Below, piece after piece: positions 1-11,894 of a stretch of DNA of 64,000 nt. This stretch comes from Octopus sinensis. Taxonomy: Eukaryota. Position 1 is the stretch's first letter. Each line of letters starts with the position of its first letter. The position numbers and the translations under genes were made by a program. Under the pieces are notes generated by a model. It made no database searches and was not told where the DNA came from. It worked only from the letters and a program-made list of their open reading frames with translations. The stretch lies in NCBI RefSeq assembly GCF_006345805.1, contig NC_043022.1, forward strand, positions 6,014,001-6,078,000. The letters are read 5' to 3'.

Positions 1-315
1 GACACAATACAAATTAATTATTCTTTTAGTATGAATTAGAATATTTTGTTTTTCCTGAGTGTGCAAGACAAGCATCTCTCTTTAGAAACTTATGAAATAT
101 GGTTCCAGTCTCACCAGACAGAATTTCCATCATTGCAGCTACTACACTCATAATTACTAATTTTTGTTATTTTTTTTTTATTTTTTGTTTTAGTCATTTA
201 ATTCTTTTATTAATCTTAGATTTTTAGAAAATGGGAGAAAAAAAAAATCAGAAATTTCCAACATTAAATGGTCACAAGAAATTAATATGAAAGGCAAATG
301 AAATACGTGTCACAA

Positions 316-356
316 CTTTTATCATCATCACCATCATCATCATCATCACCACCACC

Positions 357-390
<34 letters not shown>

Positions 391-487
391 CCACCATCCT
401 CATCATCATCACCACCATCCTCATCATTATCATCATCATCATCATCATCACCACCATCATCATCACCACCATCATTATCATCATCAT
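316..487. repeat. (CAT)n/(CAC)n trinucleotide microsatellite
   Basis: Direct reading: catcatcatcaccaccacc...; explains the three low-complexity ORFs at 272-528. Confidence 0.97.
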
Positions 488-1353
488 TTTGGTATTTGTC
501 AATTTTCTTGTCTATCATTTTCTATTGATTTCTGACTTAGACAAAATATTAAAAAATCTGGATAAGAAAGGAAACAAAAGATCAAATCCACTGGCAGTAT
601 AGAGCTGGTCCTTGTTTTCTTGGGCCCCAGATGGCTGAAAAGTAAAGTCAACCTCTGCAGGATTTTGAATCCATGCTGTGAAGGGCCAAACAAACCGACA
701 TTATAAGACATTTCACTTTGTACTTGACAATGTCTTTCACAGTTCTAGGGGTAAAGGATGAGACTTTGACTTTAACCTTATATGGTGATGTAGGGCTGAG
801 AGAGTCACCATGGAAACACAGAGTATTGTAGATGAGGACACATGAGAAAATAGCAGATTTTACCAAAACAAAACTCACTGAATTTAATTACCCAGACACC
901 ATTCACACGAAAAACGACAGTTAAGTTAGTGCTAACATATTTAATGTAATGAGTGTTTCGTAACTAATTAGATGTAATTATATGGAGAAAATAGGCATTT
1001 TAAGTTCAAAGACAGATATTGTTTTGATAATTTTGGAAGACATGTTCCATTTTAGTAAATATTAGGACTGAGGAGGTACAAAAAGTCTGAAACATACCTG
1101 AAGTTATCTCCCATAATTCATGAAATTATCAAAATAATATTAGTCATTGAGTAAATGTTGTCTTCCTTGACACAGACATTTCTAATTAAGTATTCAATGC
1201 TAATTACACTAATTATATTAACTCCAACTCAACTATTGTAATTATCGTTTGATAAATACTCTGTTACAGCGATATTGTGGTAAATTAATGCATTTGTTGG
1301 AAATAATTATTCTGAAGTAATTCTTAATTATATCAGTTAATTACTCCATAGAA

Positions 1354-1725
1354 GTGATTGAAATAGGGTTCCTCCAAAGGATCTCTGGAATAACATTTCT
1401 CAACAGGGTCCGTTGCTTGGAGATCAAGAAGTCACTCCAGGCTGAGCCACCATTCCTCCATATAGTGGTCACAGCTCGAGTATTATGGTCATGTGATGAA
1501 GATAGTACAGGAAAGGATTACAAGATGGATTCTTCAAGCTGAGTCACCTGAGAGGAGACCAAAGGGTTGAGCAAGAACGAGAGGGTTGAACAACATCTAC
1601 AGTCTCAATTGGTTGTGCTGGGGAATGATGGTTGCTTTTGATAGGACCCTATGGAGGAGGTGCCTGAGGACTCTATGCCCACAACCCTCCCAGAGGAATA
1701 ATCGGCAGAGATGGTGGATGAATAG
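1354..1725 (+). mobile_element. Decayed 3' end of an RTE-clade LINE ORF (copy 1)
   Basis: Frameshifted translation IGFLQRISGITFLNRVRCLEIKKSLQAEPPFLHI / SQLEYYGHVMKIVQERITRWILQAESPERRPKG*ARTRGLNNIYSLNW...VAFDRTLWRRCLRTLCPQPSQ resembles the RTE C-terminal pattern (FLRRI...QLRYYGHV...RPRGRPRTRW...DR..WR). Confidence 0.85.
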
Positions 1726-1730
1726 ATCAT

Positions 1731-1999
1731 AGCTGCAGTAGTATGGATGTGTGATTAGAATGTCACAGGAAAGAACCACAAAACGGATTCTCCAAGCTGA
1801 GCCAACTGGCAGGAGAGGCCTAGGGGTCTCCTTAAGAACGAGATGGTTGCAGAATATCCACAGTCTCAATTGGTTGCACTTAGGAAACCAGCAGGCAGGT
1901 GTAATAATGGTTGCTTTAGATTGGACTCTACGGAGGGGGTACTTGAGGACCCTATCCTCATCACCCCTGTGGGTAGAGATGGTGGATGGATGGATGGGA
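1731..1999 (+). mobile_element. Decayed 3' end of an RTE-clade LINE ORF (copy 2, tandem)
   Basis: YGCVIRMSQERTTKRILQAEPTGRR...RTRWLQNIHSLNW...VALDWTLRRGYLRTL is homologous to copy 1; ends in a (GGAT)n tail. Confidence 0.85.
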
Positions 2000-2076
2000 T
2001 TATATCAGAAACACTAGGTTCCGAATTTGGAAGGAAGGTATATGTGATGAAACTGACCTCAGTATATGACTGGTAT

Positions 2077-2255
2077 AAGGTGGCGAGCTGGCAGAACTGT
2101 TACCATACCAGGTAAAATGCTTAGTGGCATTTTGTCCATCTTTACATTCTGAGTTCAAATGCTATCGAGGTTGACTTTGCCTTTCAGGGTCAATAGAGCA
2201 CTGGGGTTGGTGTTCCAACTGGGGTCAATGAGCCTGGTGCCAAAATGTGAAACCA
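2077..2255 (+). mobile_element. SINE family S2 (ggcggcgagctggcagaa head), diverged
   Basis: Matches the intact copies at 26855 and 30001 (ggcgagctggcagaa...ttctgagttcaaat...gactttgcctttca). Confidence 0.85.
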
Positions 2256-2897
2256 ATATTTGTTTAATTCCTTATTCTGCAGATCCTGGGTGGTTAAAAG
2301 GCAAAATAATCCAGGAAGGGAAAGAATGCAACTAAATAACACAAGGTGTTTTATCCAACGCTCCACCGATTCCACCATTCAGTGTCATTTCTTAATAATA
2401 TTAATATGAGTAGCTATTTCTGTTACATATTTTCTCCAAAAATAAATTGTTCTCTGTGATAAAGAGACGACTAATTAGAGAACATGGAAGAACACAAGAC
2501 TTCTTTCTGGAGAGAATCAAGGATAACGTTATGGTTTCCATTCTTGTTGTTGCTGACAAATTAGTTGAATTTTCTTTGTTAGCATTTTAAAGGCCTACAT
2601 TTCCTGAAGGTATGAATTAAAAACCTAATTCCATTGTCCTTGTCGTTAACAATAGCGATAAAACGAAACTACTACTTTGACGGTCAGGAATGACTTAGTC
2701 GAGTTTTTGTGGAAGCGTGGATGACCTTGTCACAGAAGCAGTGCAGATGTTCTAGAAATGGTTTGAAAATCTTGAAATAATTTTAGAGTTTAAACTAGGA
2801 AAGTAACAATGAAAATGTTGCATGTTTTTGTAGGAAGAAATGAGGAAGAATAGGAACGAAAAATAAAAACTGAAATCTTTGTTGATTGTCATTATAT

Positions 2898-2953
<56 letters not shown>

Positions 2954-3058
2954 TCTGTAATCTGCATAATCTGTTTTGCATTAATGGACTAAATCACCTG
3001 ATTTTAGTTTGTCTAGACTGATGTGGTTTCATTTGTACATTTTTAATTCTAAGGCCAG

Positions 3059-3108
<50 letters not shown>

Positions 3109-4019
3109 TTAGTTTTCCTCTGCCACATAAGCTCACACACTCCTACCTACCATCATCATCATCATCATCATCTTCTAGTGCCATTAATTGGTGCTGCCAG
3201 TCATCTGATTGCCATTCTAGATGCTGCCATATTCAGCCATCACCACTGGTTGCTGTTCTCTGTCACGCATAGCAGGTTCACTCTGTTGTGACCTTTCAAG
3301 TCCTTGATATTGTCAAACTAGGATTTTCTCCATCTGCCCCTCTTTTGCCCTCCCTTAGTTTTGAACAGGGAGTTGTGGCAAGATACAGGACCGTACCAGG
3401 CAAATGTCCATCTTTTTTACCTGCGCAAGGTTGATTTGCTGCCTGACGGAGCCGTCTCTTTTGTTGTCCTGTGTACCTGTACGGATTCAGATTCATTCGG
3501 CTGCTTAACATCTGTTTTTCTATGCTGGCATGGGTTAGATGGGGAATTATTTGAGCTTAGATTTTACAGGATTCTACAGCCAGCTGCTCTCTCTGGCAGC
3601 AACCTTCACCTGTTTGCCACATAAGGGGTTTTTTTTGACATTCTACAGGCCTTTAAAAGTGCAAAACAATAACCCATGCACCAAGTCCCTCTCACAATGA
3701 TAAGCAAAATCTCAACATGCTGGCACTCAACTGGTTATGGTAATGAGGGTTCCGGTTAATCCAATCAACAGAAGAGCCTTATTGTGGAATTAATGTGCAA
3801 GTGGTTGAGTACTCCACAGTCATATGTGCCCTTTCGTATCCAGTAATTTCACCATCATCAATTCACTGCAGGGCAAGTTCACCGTCATCAATTCATCATT
3901 TTTTTTTCTATAAAATCGTTTTTTTAATTATTAATGGTGAAATATTATGGATATATTTTCTTAGCAAACTTTCCTCGCAGTGAATTGATTGCAATGAACT
4001 TTCCCTGCAGGTAATTGAT

Positions 4020-4265
4020 GGTGGTCAACTTACCTGTAATCATACCCTTTATGTAGTTCTCAGAGAGATTTAGCATGACACAGAATGTGACAAGTTTGGC
4101 CTTTTTGAATTACAGGTACAAATCATATTTTGCCAGGTGAGTGAACAGGAACAACTTGTAATAAAGTATTTTGCCCAAGGACACAGTGTGCTCCTAGGAA
4201 TTGAACTCATGGCCTTATGATCATGAACCAAATGCTCCTCACCACCATGCTACATGCCTTCACAA
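4020..4265 (-). mobile_element. SINE family S3 fragment (diverged)
   Basis: gtagttctcagagagatttagcatgacacagaatgtgacaag...tacaggtaca matches the 46850-47236 copy. Confidence 0.7.
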
Positions 4266-4374
4266 TCAATACACACACACCTTTGCACAAAGTTGTTTGA
4301 TCATTGGAAAAACAAAAACACAAAAAAAGGGTCCACAGCCCCCGAAGACATTTTGCAACAATTTCATAAATTAA

Positions 4375-4579
4375 CCGTTTAGTGTTCAGATTCCTCCATC
4401 AAATGCTAATCCTTATCTATTTCCATTGTTTTCAATTAATCCTGGATTATCTCCTAGCTTTGAGATTCCAATGAAGTGATTGTTTGTTTTTAGAACGACA
4501 TTGTCGGATTGGTGTAAGGGGTCAGATTTGGCCAGCTGGGTCTGGGTCTGGATATGGCTGGTTTACATGCTAAAGGGTC
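4375..4579 (+). mobile_element. piggyBac-like MITE (~200 bp), left unit of composite
   Basis: Begins TTAA|ccgtttag, ends atgctaaagggtc; internal body shared with the copies at 23096 and 24678. Confidence 0.75.
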
Positions 4580-4684
4580 AAAGAGAGTAGGGAGTTTGTT
4601 GAGGGAGATATTTGGCTGTTGCATTGTGTAAGGTCACGTGACTACAGAGAAAGCTCCCTCACTGGTTCATGTGGTCCTTATTTT

Positions 4685-4897
4685 GACCCTTTAGCATTCT
4701 TCAGATTACTCACCCAAATATAAAGCTTATTCATTCATATTGTTTTGAACTAATCAGACATTATCTCCTAGCTTTGAGATTTCAATGATTGGATTGCTTT
4801 ATTTCTTAGAATGACATTGTAGGGTAGGTGTGAGAGGCTGTTTCGATTAGGTCAGTTTGGACATGAAGCAGGAAGAATATTTTGGCCGGATATGACC
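4685..4897 (+). mobile_element. piggyBac-like MITE, right unit of composite
   Basis: gaccctttagcattcttcagatt...agaatgacattgtagggtaggtgtgagaggc, same family. Confidence 0.75.
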
Positions 4898-4994
4898 TGT
4901 TGCAAGGTGAATACCAGTCTTTCCACCTGTTTAAGGATGACTTTTTGTCACGAGAAAATATATTTTCAGGGTGGCCTATTACAGTTTTAATTAA

Positions 4995-5025
<31 letters not shown>

Positions 5026-6231
5026 CACATTACATGTGTGTGTGTGTGTGTGCTGCATTACATGTGTGCGGCATCATATTATGTGTGTGGTATCACCTGT
5101 AAACAAGATATGAAGCTGATCTACCATTAAACCAGTGCCTCCTCCTCCTCCTCCTCCTCTTCATAGCAGAAACTCAAAGTCGGCATCAGTTTACAAGGAA
5201 GGTGACTACCAAGATGATAGAGTTCTCAGAGAGTTTTATTAATTATTATTATTATTATTATTTGGCTGAGTGTTGTTCCACTTGGAGGTAACAACAACAA
5301 CATCAACAACACCGACTACAATAGTAGCACCACCACCACCACCCGTCGCCCCCCTGTAATCAGGAGAAAGGTGAAAAAACATTGTTGCTTCATGTTGGAT
5401 GGGAGTTTATCTTTGTTGATTAAACCAGCCAACCACACCCTTTACGGATTTTGCTTTTTACATTCACACACACACTGAGCTCACACACACATTTGCTCAT
5501 CCACATACGCATACTCTCACACAGGGTCATACACACACACACCAATACATCTTACACACATTCACATGCTCATACACTCACACACACACGCTTATATATT
5601 TATATTTATGTATATATATACATATATATATACACACACACACACACGCACACAGATGCAGACACACACATACACACAGACAGAAGTAAACTAAAAACAA
5701 AATTCCGCTGAAAATAACCCTGAATAAATTTACAGTTTGCACAAATATTGTTGAATATTAACCCTAAAAAGTGGGGGTTTTTTTGGGGGGGAAGGGGGTG
5801 CAATAAACAGGTTAGGTGAGAAGGAGGGGAGTAAGACTATAATAGAGAATAAAGGTAAAACTGGAGCGGGGTGGGGGGTGCCAACGGTGAGTCATTTACC
5901 ATTATAGGGATATTTTCCTATAACACTAACTGACATTGAACTAACCGCTCTCTCTCTCTCCTTCTCTCTCTCTCTGTCTTTCTGTGATCCCTTCATTTCG
6001 TCAACCATCATACCACCCCCACCACCATTATCACCAATAACCCCTTGCTTTTACATCACTACCACCACTGCATCCACCACCACCACCACCACCAACACTA
6101 TCACCACTACTACCACCACCACCACCACCACCACTACCAGTTAGCTTTCCTTCATAATGTTCAAACACACCCTTAGTGTTTATTATTAGAAGTCTGCCAC
6201 ATGTATGTGTAGGTAGAGGGGGGAAGGGGAA

Positions 6232-6270
<39 letters not shown>

Positions 6271-6376
6271 TGTGTGTGTGTGTGTGTATGTCGAAGACAC
6301 CCACACCTCCGACAGTATTTCCAACAGATGAGTTGGGAAAGGCCTAGCAACTCATGAGTCAACTACAATGGCACAC

Positions 6377-6429
<53 letters not shown>

Positions 6430-6498
6430 GGCACAGGTAGATCTGTGAGGTGCGGCAGGTGGGCTTGGTGAACACTGATCCTAAAACACTCAAACATT

Positions 6499-6538
<40 letters not shown>

Positions 6539-6849
6539 CCCTCCCTCTCTCTCTCCTCCCCCTCCCTCTCTCTCTACTCTGCCTCCTACCACTTCCTTTC
6601 GTTAATTAGTCATTAAGGTGCGACACCCCGCAAGAAATCTTTAAGGATCAACACAACTCTGGATGAGGGGCTCCACCACCTCAACCTCCTCCTCCCCCAC
6701 CCACCCCCGGGCCGATCTTTTAAATATTACTACATTTGTATATAACAATAAATACAGGCCAGGAATTCTAACGAGGATTTCGCTTCACAAAATGGGTCCT
6801 CGTTATTTCCAATAATGATTAGTCTCCAGAAAATTTTGGCAGCATGGCA

Positions 6850-7252
6850 TTGCGAAGTGGGTGTGTGTGTGTGTGTTGTGTGTGTGTGTGTGTATGGTGT
6901 GTGTGAGGTGTGTGTGTGTGTGAGTGAGTGTGTGTTGTTTGTGTTGTGTTGAGTGTGTGTGTGAGTGTGGTGAGTGGAGTGTGGTGTGTGTGCGTGTGTG
7001 TGGTGAGTGTGTGTGTGTGAGTGTGTGTATGATTGTGTGTGTGTGAGTGAGTGTGAGTGTGTGTGTATGGTGTGTGTGTGTGGTATGTGTGTGTGTGTGT
7101 GTGTGTGAGTATGTGTGTGTGTGGTGTGTGTGAGTGTGTGTGTGCGTGTGTGTGTCCGTGTCTCTATGTCCCTGCACACATTTTCTCTCTCCCACTCGTG
7201 TGTGTGTGTGTGAATGCATATATATATCTGCCTGTGTGTGTTTGTGAATATG

Positions 7253-7285
<33 letters not shown>

Positions 7286-7576
7286 CATGTGTCTCTGTGT
7301 CCCTCCACATATTTTCTTTCTCCCACTTGTGTGTGTGTGTATATGTATATATACATATATATATACATATTATATACACATTATATATACTATATATATA
7401 CTATATATATCATATGATATATATATACATAGATATATAACATATATATATATATAATATACATATACATATACATATATATATACATATATATACATAT
7501 ATATATACATATATATATACATATATATAGATTACATATACTATAATATAACATATATATATACATTATAATTATA

Positions 7577-7620
<44 letters not shown>
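6850..7620. repeat. Compound (TG)n then (TA)n microsatellite field
   Basis: Direct reading; source of the HT/CV/YI-rich ORFs at 6730-7457. Confidence 0.97.
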
Positions 7621-7621
<1 letters not shown>

Positions 7622-8479
7622 GCCTATGTGTGTGTAAGTGAAAAACTATAGGAAGGAACATTTTCATGAATAGCTCAACATGTTGTTGTTGCTGTTGCTG
7701 TTGTATGAAGACGAGTTTGGATTATTTTCTTAGGAACAAATGAGCCGGAATCAAGGAGGCAGGCAGGAAATGATGTAGAATAGCAAAAAGAATGTCATAT
7801 AGACACGTGTGTGTGTGTGTGTGTTATATATATTTTATATTATATATATTACACACACACAAATATATATAATATATACACATACAAATAAAATTATATA
7901 TATAATTATATATATATATACACACACATCCATAAATATAAATATATATACATATATATACACACATACAAATAAGTGTGGTGTGTGTGTGTTGTGTACA
8001 TGTATATAACCATATATACATATGTGTGTGTTGTATATATATATTATATATATATATATATATATATGATGTTAACAGTTCCGTTATCAAAATATGTTTT
8101 AATCCTGTCTTGACTCTAATTACGTATGCTCATACCCACCACAGCATACCTCTGAGTTATGATAAATCTACGAGGTAACTGTGCCTGGGTGTGGACCCTA
8201 CTAATTAACCCGGAAATACTCGCTTCCCTCCATCCATGCCCCTTTTTACGGGTGATATAGTAACTTTGAATAACTTTTCAGAGTTGGAGAATTAAAAAAA
8301 AATCTCTGTGAGGCATAATTAAAAACCATGAATGAAGTTAGAATTTGGAAGATGGACTTGGAGGATGATAGCATGACAGGTTTATTAAGTTGAATAAATA
8401 ATATTGTCATGAGGAAGGGCGAGGGTTCTAATGGTTTGGGAAGAACCCTGTTTTGGGGTGAGAGAGAATATTTTTCTGA

Positions 8480-9005
8480 GTAGGCAGAATGCCTGAGCAG
8501 CATTTCACCTGGCTTTGTGTTCTGAGTTTAAATTCCACCAAAGTCAATTTTGCCTTTCATCCTTTTGGGGTTGGAAAAATAAATACCAGTTGCACATTGG
8601 GGGTCAATGCAATCGACTATCCCTCTTTCCCGAACTTTCAGGCTTTGTGCCTACAATAGACAGGATTATTATTATTATTATTATTGTATTATATTATTAT
8701 TATTATTATATATTATATTATTATTTATTATATTATTATTATTATTATCTATTATTATTGTATTATTATTATATTATTATTATATTTTATTATTATTATT
8801 ATTATATACGGAGGCAAGCTGACAGAATCATTAAGCACACAGCGTGATAAATGCTTAACAGCATTTCTTGCATTTTCACCCAGGTAAACTTTGCTTTTTA
8901 TCATTTCAGGTTTAATAAAATAAGTACCAGTGAAACACTGGGGTCGATGTAATGGACTATCCCCCTCCCCACAAAATTTTCAGCTCTTGCGTTTACAGTA
9001 GAAAA
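8480..9005 (+). mobile_element. Two diverged S2 SINE copies separated by an (ATT)n tract
   Basis: ttctgagtttaaattcc...aaagtcaattttgcctttcatcc (8520-8560) and ggcaagctgacagaatc...aaataagtaccagtgaaacactggggtcgatg (8810-8950). Confidence 0.75.
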
Positions 9006-9606
9006 GATTATTATTATTATAGTTATATGACCACTTTCCATTGTCTGGCCTGATTATTACAGTCCAAATCATTTCTTTCTTGAGAGCCACTGGTCCTTTA
9101 GACTGGTACTTGTATGTGTCAGTTTGGGTTTGTCTCAATGGCTGGATTCCCTTCTTACTACCAACCACTTTATAGAATGTACTGGGTGTGTTTCACTGCG
9201 GCACCGAGGTTGATAAACCCTCGGCAAGACAGAACAGAAAGGGATCTCACAAATTTACGTCTTCTCTGTTCATTTGCAACCACTTTAATATGTGTACTGG
9301 GTACATTGTTCATGATGCCAGCACTGGGGGTTGTCTCAGGGCCATCTTTAGGTATGGTAAAATAAGGTAAAAGCGCTGGTTTCCTGGTTTCCATGGCTTA
9401 GAAATTCCCTACCTGGATGGGACACCAGTCCCTTGTAGGATAACTCATTTTTTTACCAGCTGAGTGGACTGGAGCAACGTGAGATGAAGTGCTTTGCTCA
9501 AGAGTACAATGTTGCATCACCCAGTCCAGGAATTGAAACCACAATCTTACAATCACAAGTCCAACATTCTAACCACTAAACCATTGTCTTATGGCAAGGG
9601 AATACT

Positions 9607-9737
9607 AGGCAATTGACCAGGGGCCTTACAGGCCTAGGGTCCAGGGAACACCAGGCAGTTGACCAGGGGCCTTACAGGTCTAGGGTCCAGGGAACACCAG
9701 GCAATTGACCAGGGGCCTTACAGGTTTTGGGTCCCAG
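9607..9737. repeat. 46-bp tandem repeat, ~2.8 copies
   Basis: aggca(a/g)ttgaccaggggccttacagg(c/t)ctagggtccagggaacacc starts at 9607, 9653 and 9699. Confidence 0.95.
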
Positions 9738-11232
9738 TTCTGGTCAATGCATGCTCTGGGTTGCTGTCAATAAATACTACAGGGCCCTGTGCAGTGATTT
9801 ATCCGGAAACTTCACAGGTCAAAGGGTCCAATTCTGATCCTATGTATGCTGCGGTTTGCTGTCAAGAAACAAATACTAAAGAGTCCAGTACACTGGTTTG
9901 CCCAGTGACCTAAAAGACATCCCTCAGTTGTCTCACTCCCCAATCACTGCAGGGGTGTGTAGGGAGAGGGCTTTTCACCAACACAGGAAGTACAGGACAT
10001 GTCTAAAGGATCAAAAAGTATGCAGATGTTATATTTTTAATTGCTGGTCATGGTTGGGTTCAAGGCTGCCTTGACAATGTCTGACAAAGAACATCATTAG
10101 CAATATATTTTGGTTTTGCACCTGGACAGACCAGAATTAAATGGGAAGTTGACAGAATAACGACTGTAATTTTGTAATAATGTAAGGTTTAATTAGCTCT
10201 TGGATTAAACACTCTTCCGGATTCATCTTCATTTGATTATGATTGATATTGGGGTCAATTAGTGACTCATAAGAATTGACCCATGAACAGGTGTGAAGAT
10301 AGGAGAGTTGAGTAAAACAGGTGTGAAAAGGTCAGTATGGCAGGACCCCCAAGAGAAATTTCGCAAAGCAAAATATATACCCGGGGTCAGGCTGCTTTCA
10401 GGTTCCAGCAGGGGGATGTCATTCAAAACATTCAAGGGGGCCTATGAGGGTAGGGAGGGATTCGTTGTTCACCCCCAACCCCTGTTTGTCTTTCCAAGCT
10501 GATGTACTGGCTGACCCACCCCACTGCTCCATTATCGACTCTGGGTACCGGGTGGGGGTGATGTTTGATCATTTAAAGGATTTCATAGAAATTTGATACT
10601 GCTGCATCTGTTTTACTGGGGGGGGGAGGGGGGTAACTCTAATTAGTTAATAAGGGGTATATCAGTTTGGGTTTTAGGGGATGGAATTTTTTTTTTTTTG
10701 GGTGGGGGGGGTCGTTATTTTGTGGGGGTGTGGTTTAAAAGTCATTCTTTTTAAGGCTAAACATTTAAAACCATGAAATATCCACTTGTACTTCATTAAA
10801 TTTGTAAATTCTAAAACTGTTTGCATCAACTTAGTGTGAAATTGGAAGAAGAACAAGAACAAGAACAAGAAGAAGACTGATTTTGTTTTAAAGTGATGAC
10901 TAACAGATGGTTAAACGGATATAAGCAACCCCTTTGTGGAATTTGAACCTGTAACAGAGAGGAGTCAAAAATAAATCCTACAAAACAGTTATTTTATAGG
11001 CCAGGTCCCTCTATTATTTCCACCATCTTCATCACCCTGTGAAAGTAGGGAACACTATGATAAACGTTGCACGGATAGATTCTCCCCCACCCCACCGCCA
11101 CTACCAAACTCCAGACTGTGATCCCCCCCGCCCCACTCTGCCTCTCTCTTCTTCTCCTAACATCATTAAATGTTATCATTCATTCAAATGACTTTGTGTG
11201 TTGTGTGTCTCTCTTCTCTTCTCTTCTCTTAG

Positions 11233-11280
11233 TTCGACAACAACCTGTTTGGTATGAGCGATCGTCTGGTTAGCATTACT
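11233..11280 (+). CDS. Candidate 48-nt internal exon, FDNNLFGMSDRLVSIT (phase 0-0)
   Basis: Preceded by (CTCTT)n tract + AG and followed by GTAAGG; only one frame open; CpGs retained. An alternative donor GTATGA at 11252 would give a phase-1 end. Product not recognised. Confidence 0.45.
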
Positions 11281-11349
11281 GTAAGGAAAGGAGGAAAGCA
11301 TTTGGACACAGGCTTCCATCCATCTCCGCCTCCTTGTCTGGTTTATATA

Positions 11350-11665
11350 TGAGAGAGAGATGAAGAGAGAGAGAGAGAGAGTTATGGACAGAGAGAGAGT
11401 GAGATGAAGAGAGAGAGAGAGTTATGGATAGAGAGAGAGAGAGAGAGAGAGAGTTATGGATAGAGAGAGAGAGAGAGTTATGGATAGGAGAGAGAGAGGA
11501 GTTATGGATAGAGAGAGAGAGATGAAGAGAGAGAGAGAGAGAGAGAGAGAGTTATGGATAGAGAGAGAGAGATGAAGAGATAGAGAGAGATGAAGAGAGA
11601 GAGAGAGATGAAGAGAGAGAGAGAGATGAAGAGAGAGAGAGAGAGTTTTGGATAGAGACGGAGAC
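11350..11665. repeat. GA-rich minisatellite (gttatggata(ga)n / gatgaa(ga)n units)
   Basis: Repeated gttatggatagagagag and gatgaagagagag motifs. Confidence 0.95.
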
Positions 11666-11894
11666 AGATAGGCAGAGAGAATAGGGAGGAGAATGGGGGG
11701 AGGGGAAAGAAGAGGGGGCGGGTAAGGTCTGAGAAGGATAACAAGAGCCATAGCTGCTGTTCCTGCAGACTTTTCTGCCTTTCCACCCAGAACCGGGTGG
11801 GATGGTGACAGCTGAATCTTACCCACACAATAAAGTTGTTGTAACTCTCCTGGTCCTGGGACAATTTCTTCTTTCCATTCCACCTCCATCACAT

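Noticed and set aside
3371-3431. Exon candidate after a long pyrimidine tract
   Set aside because: Donor GTTGAT is poor, the peptide is unrecognisable, and the flank merges into an S4-like repeat.
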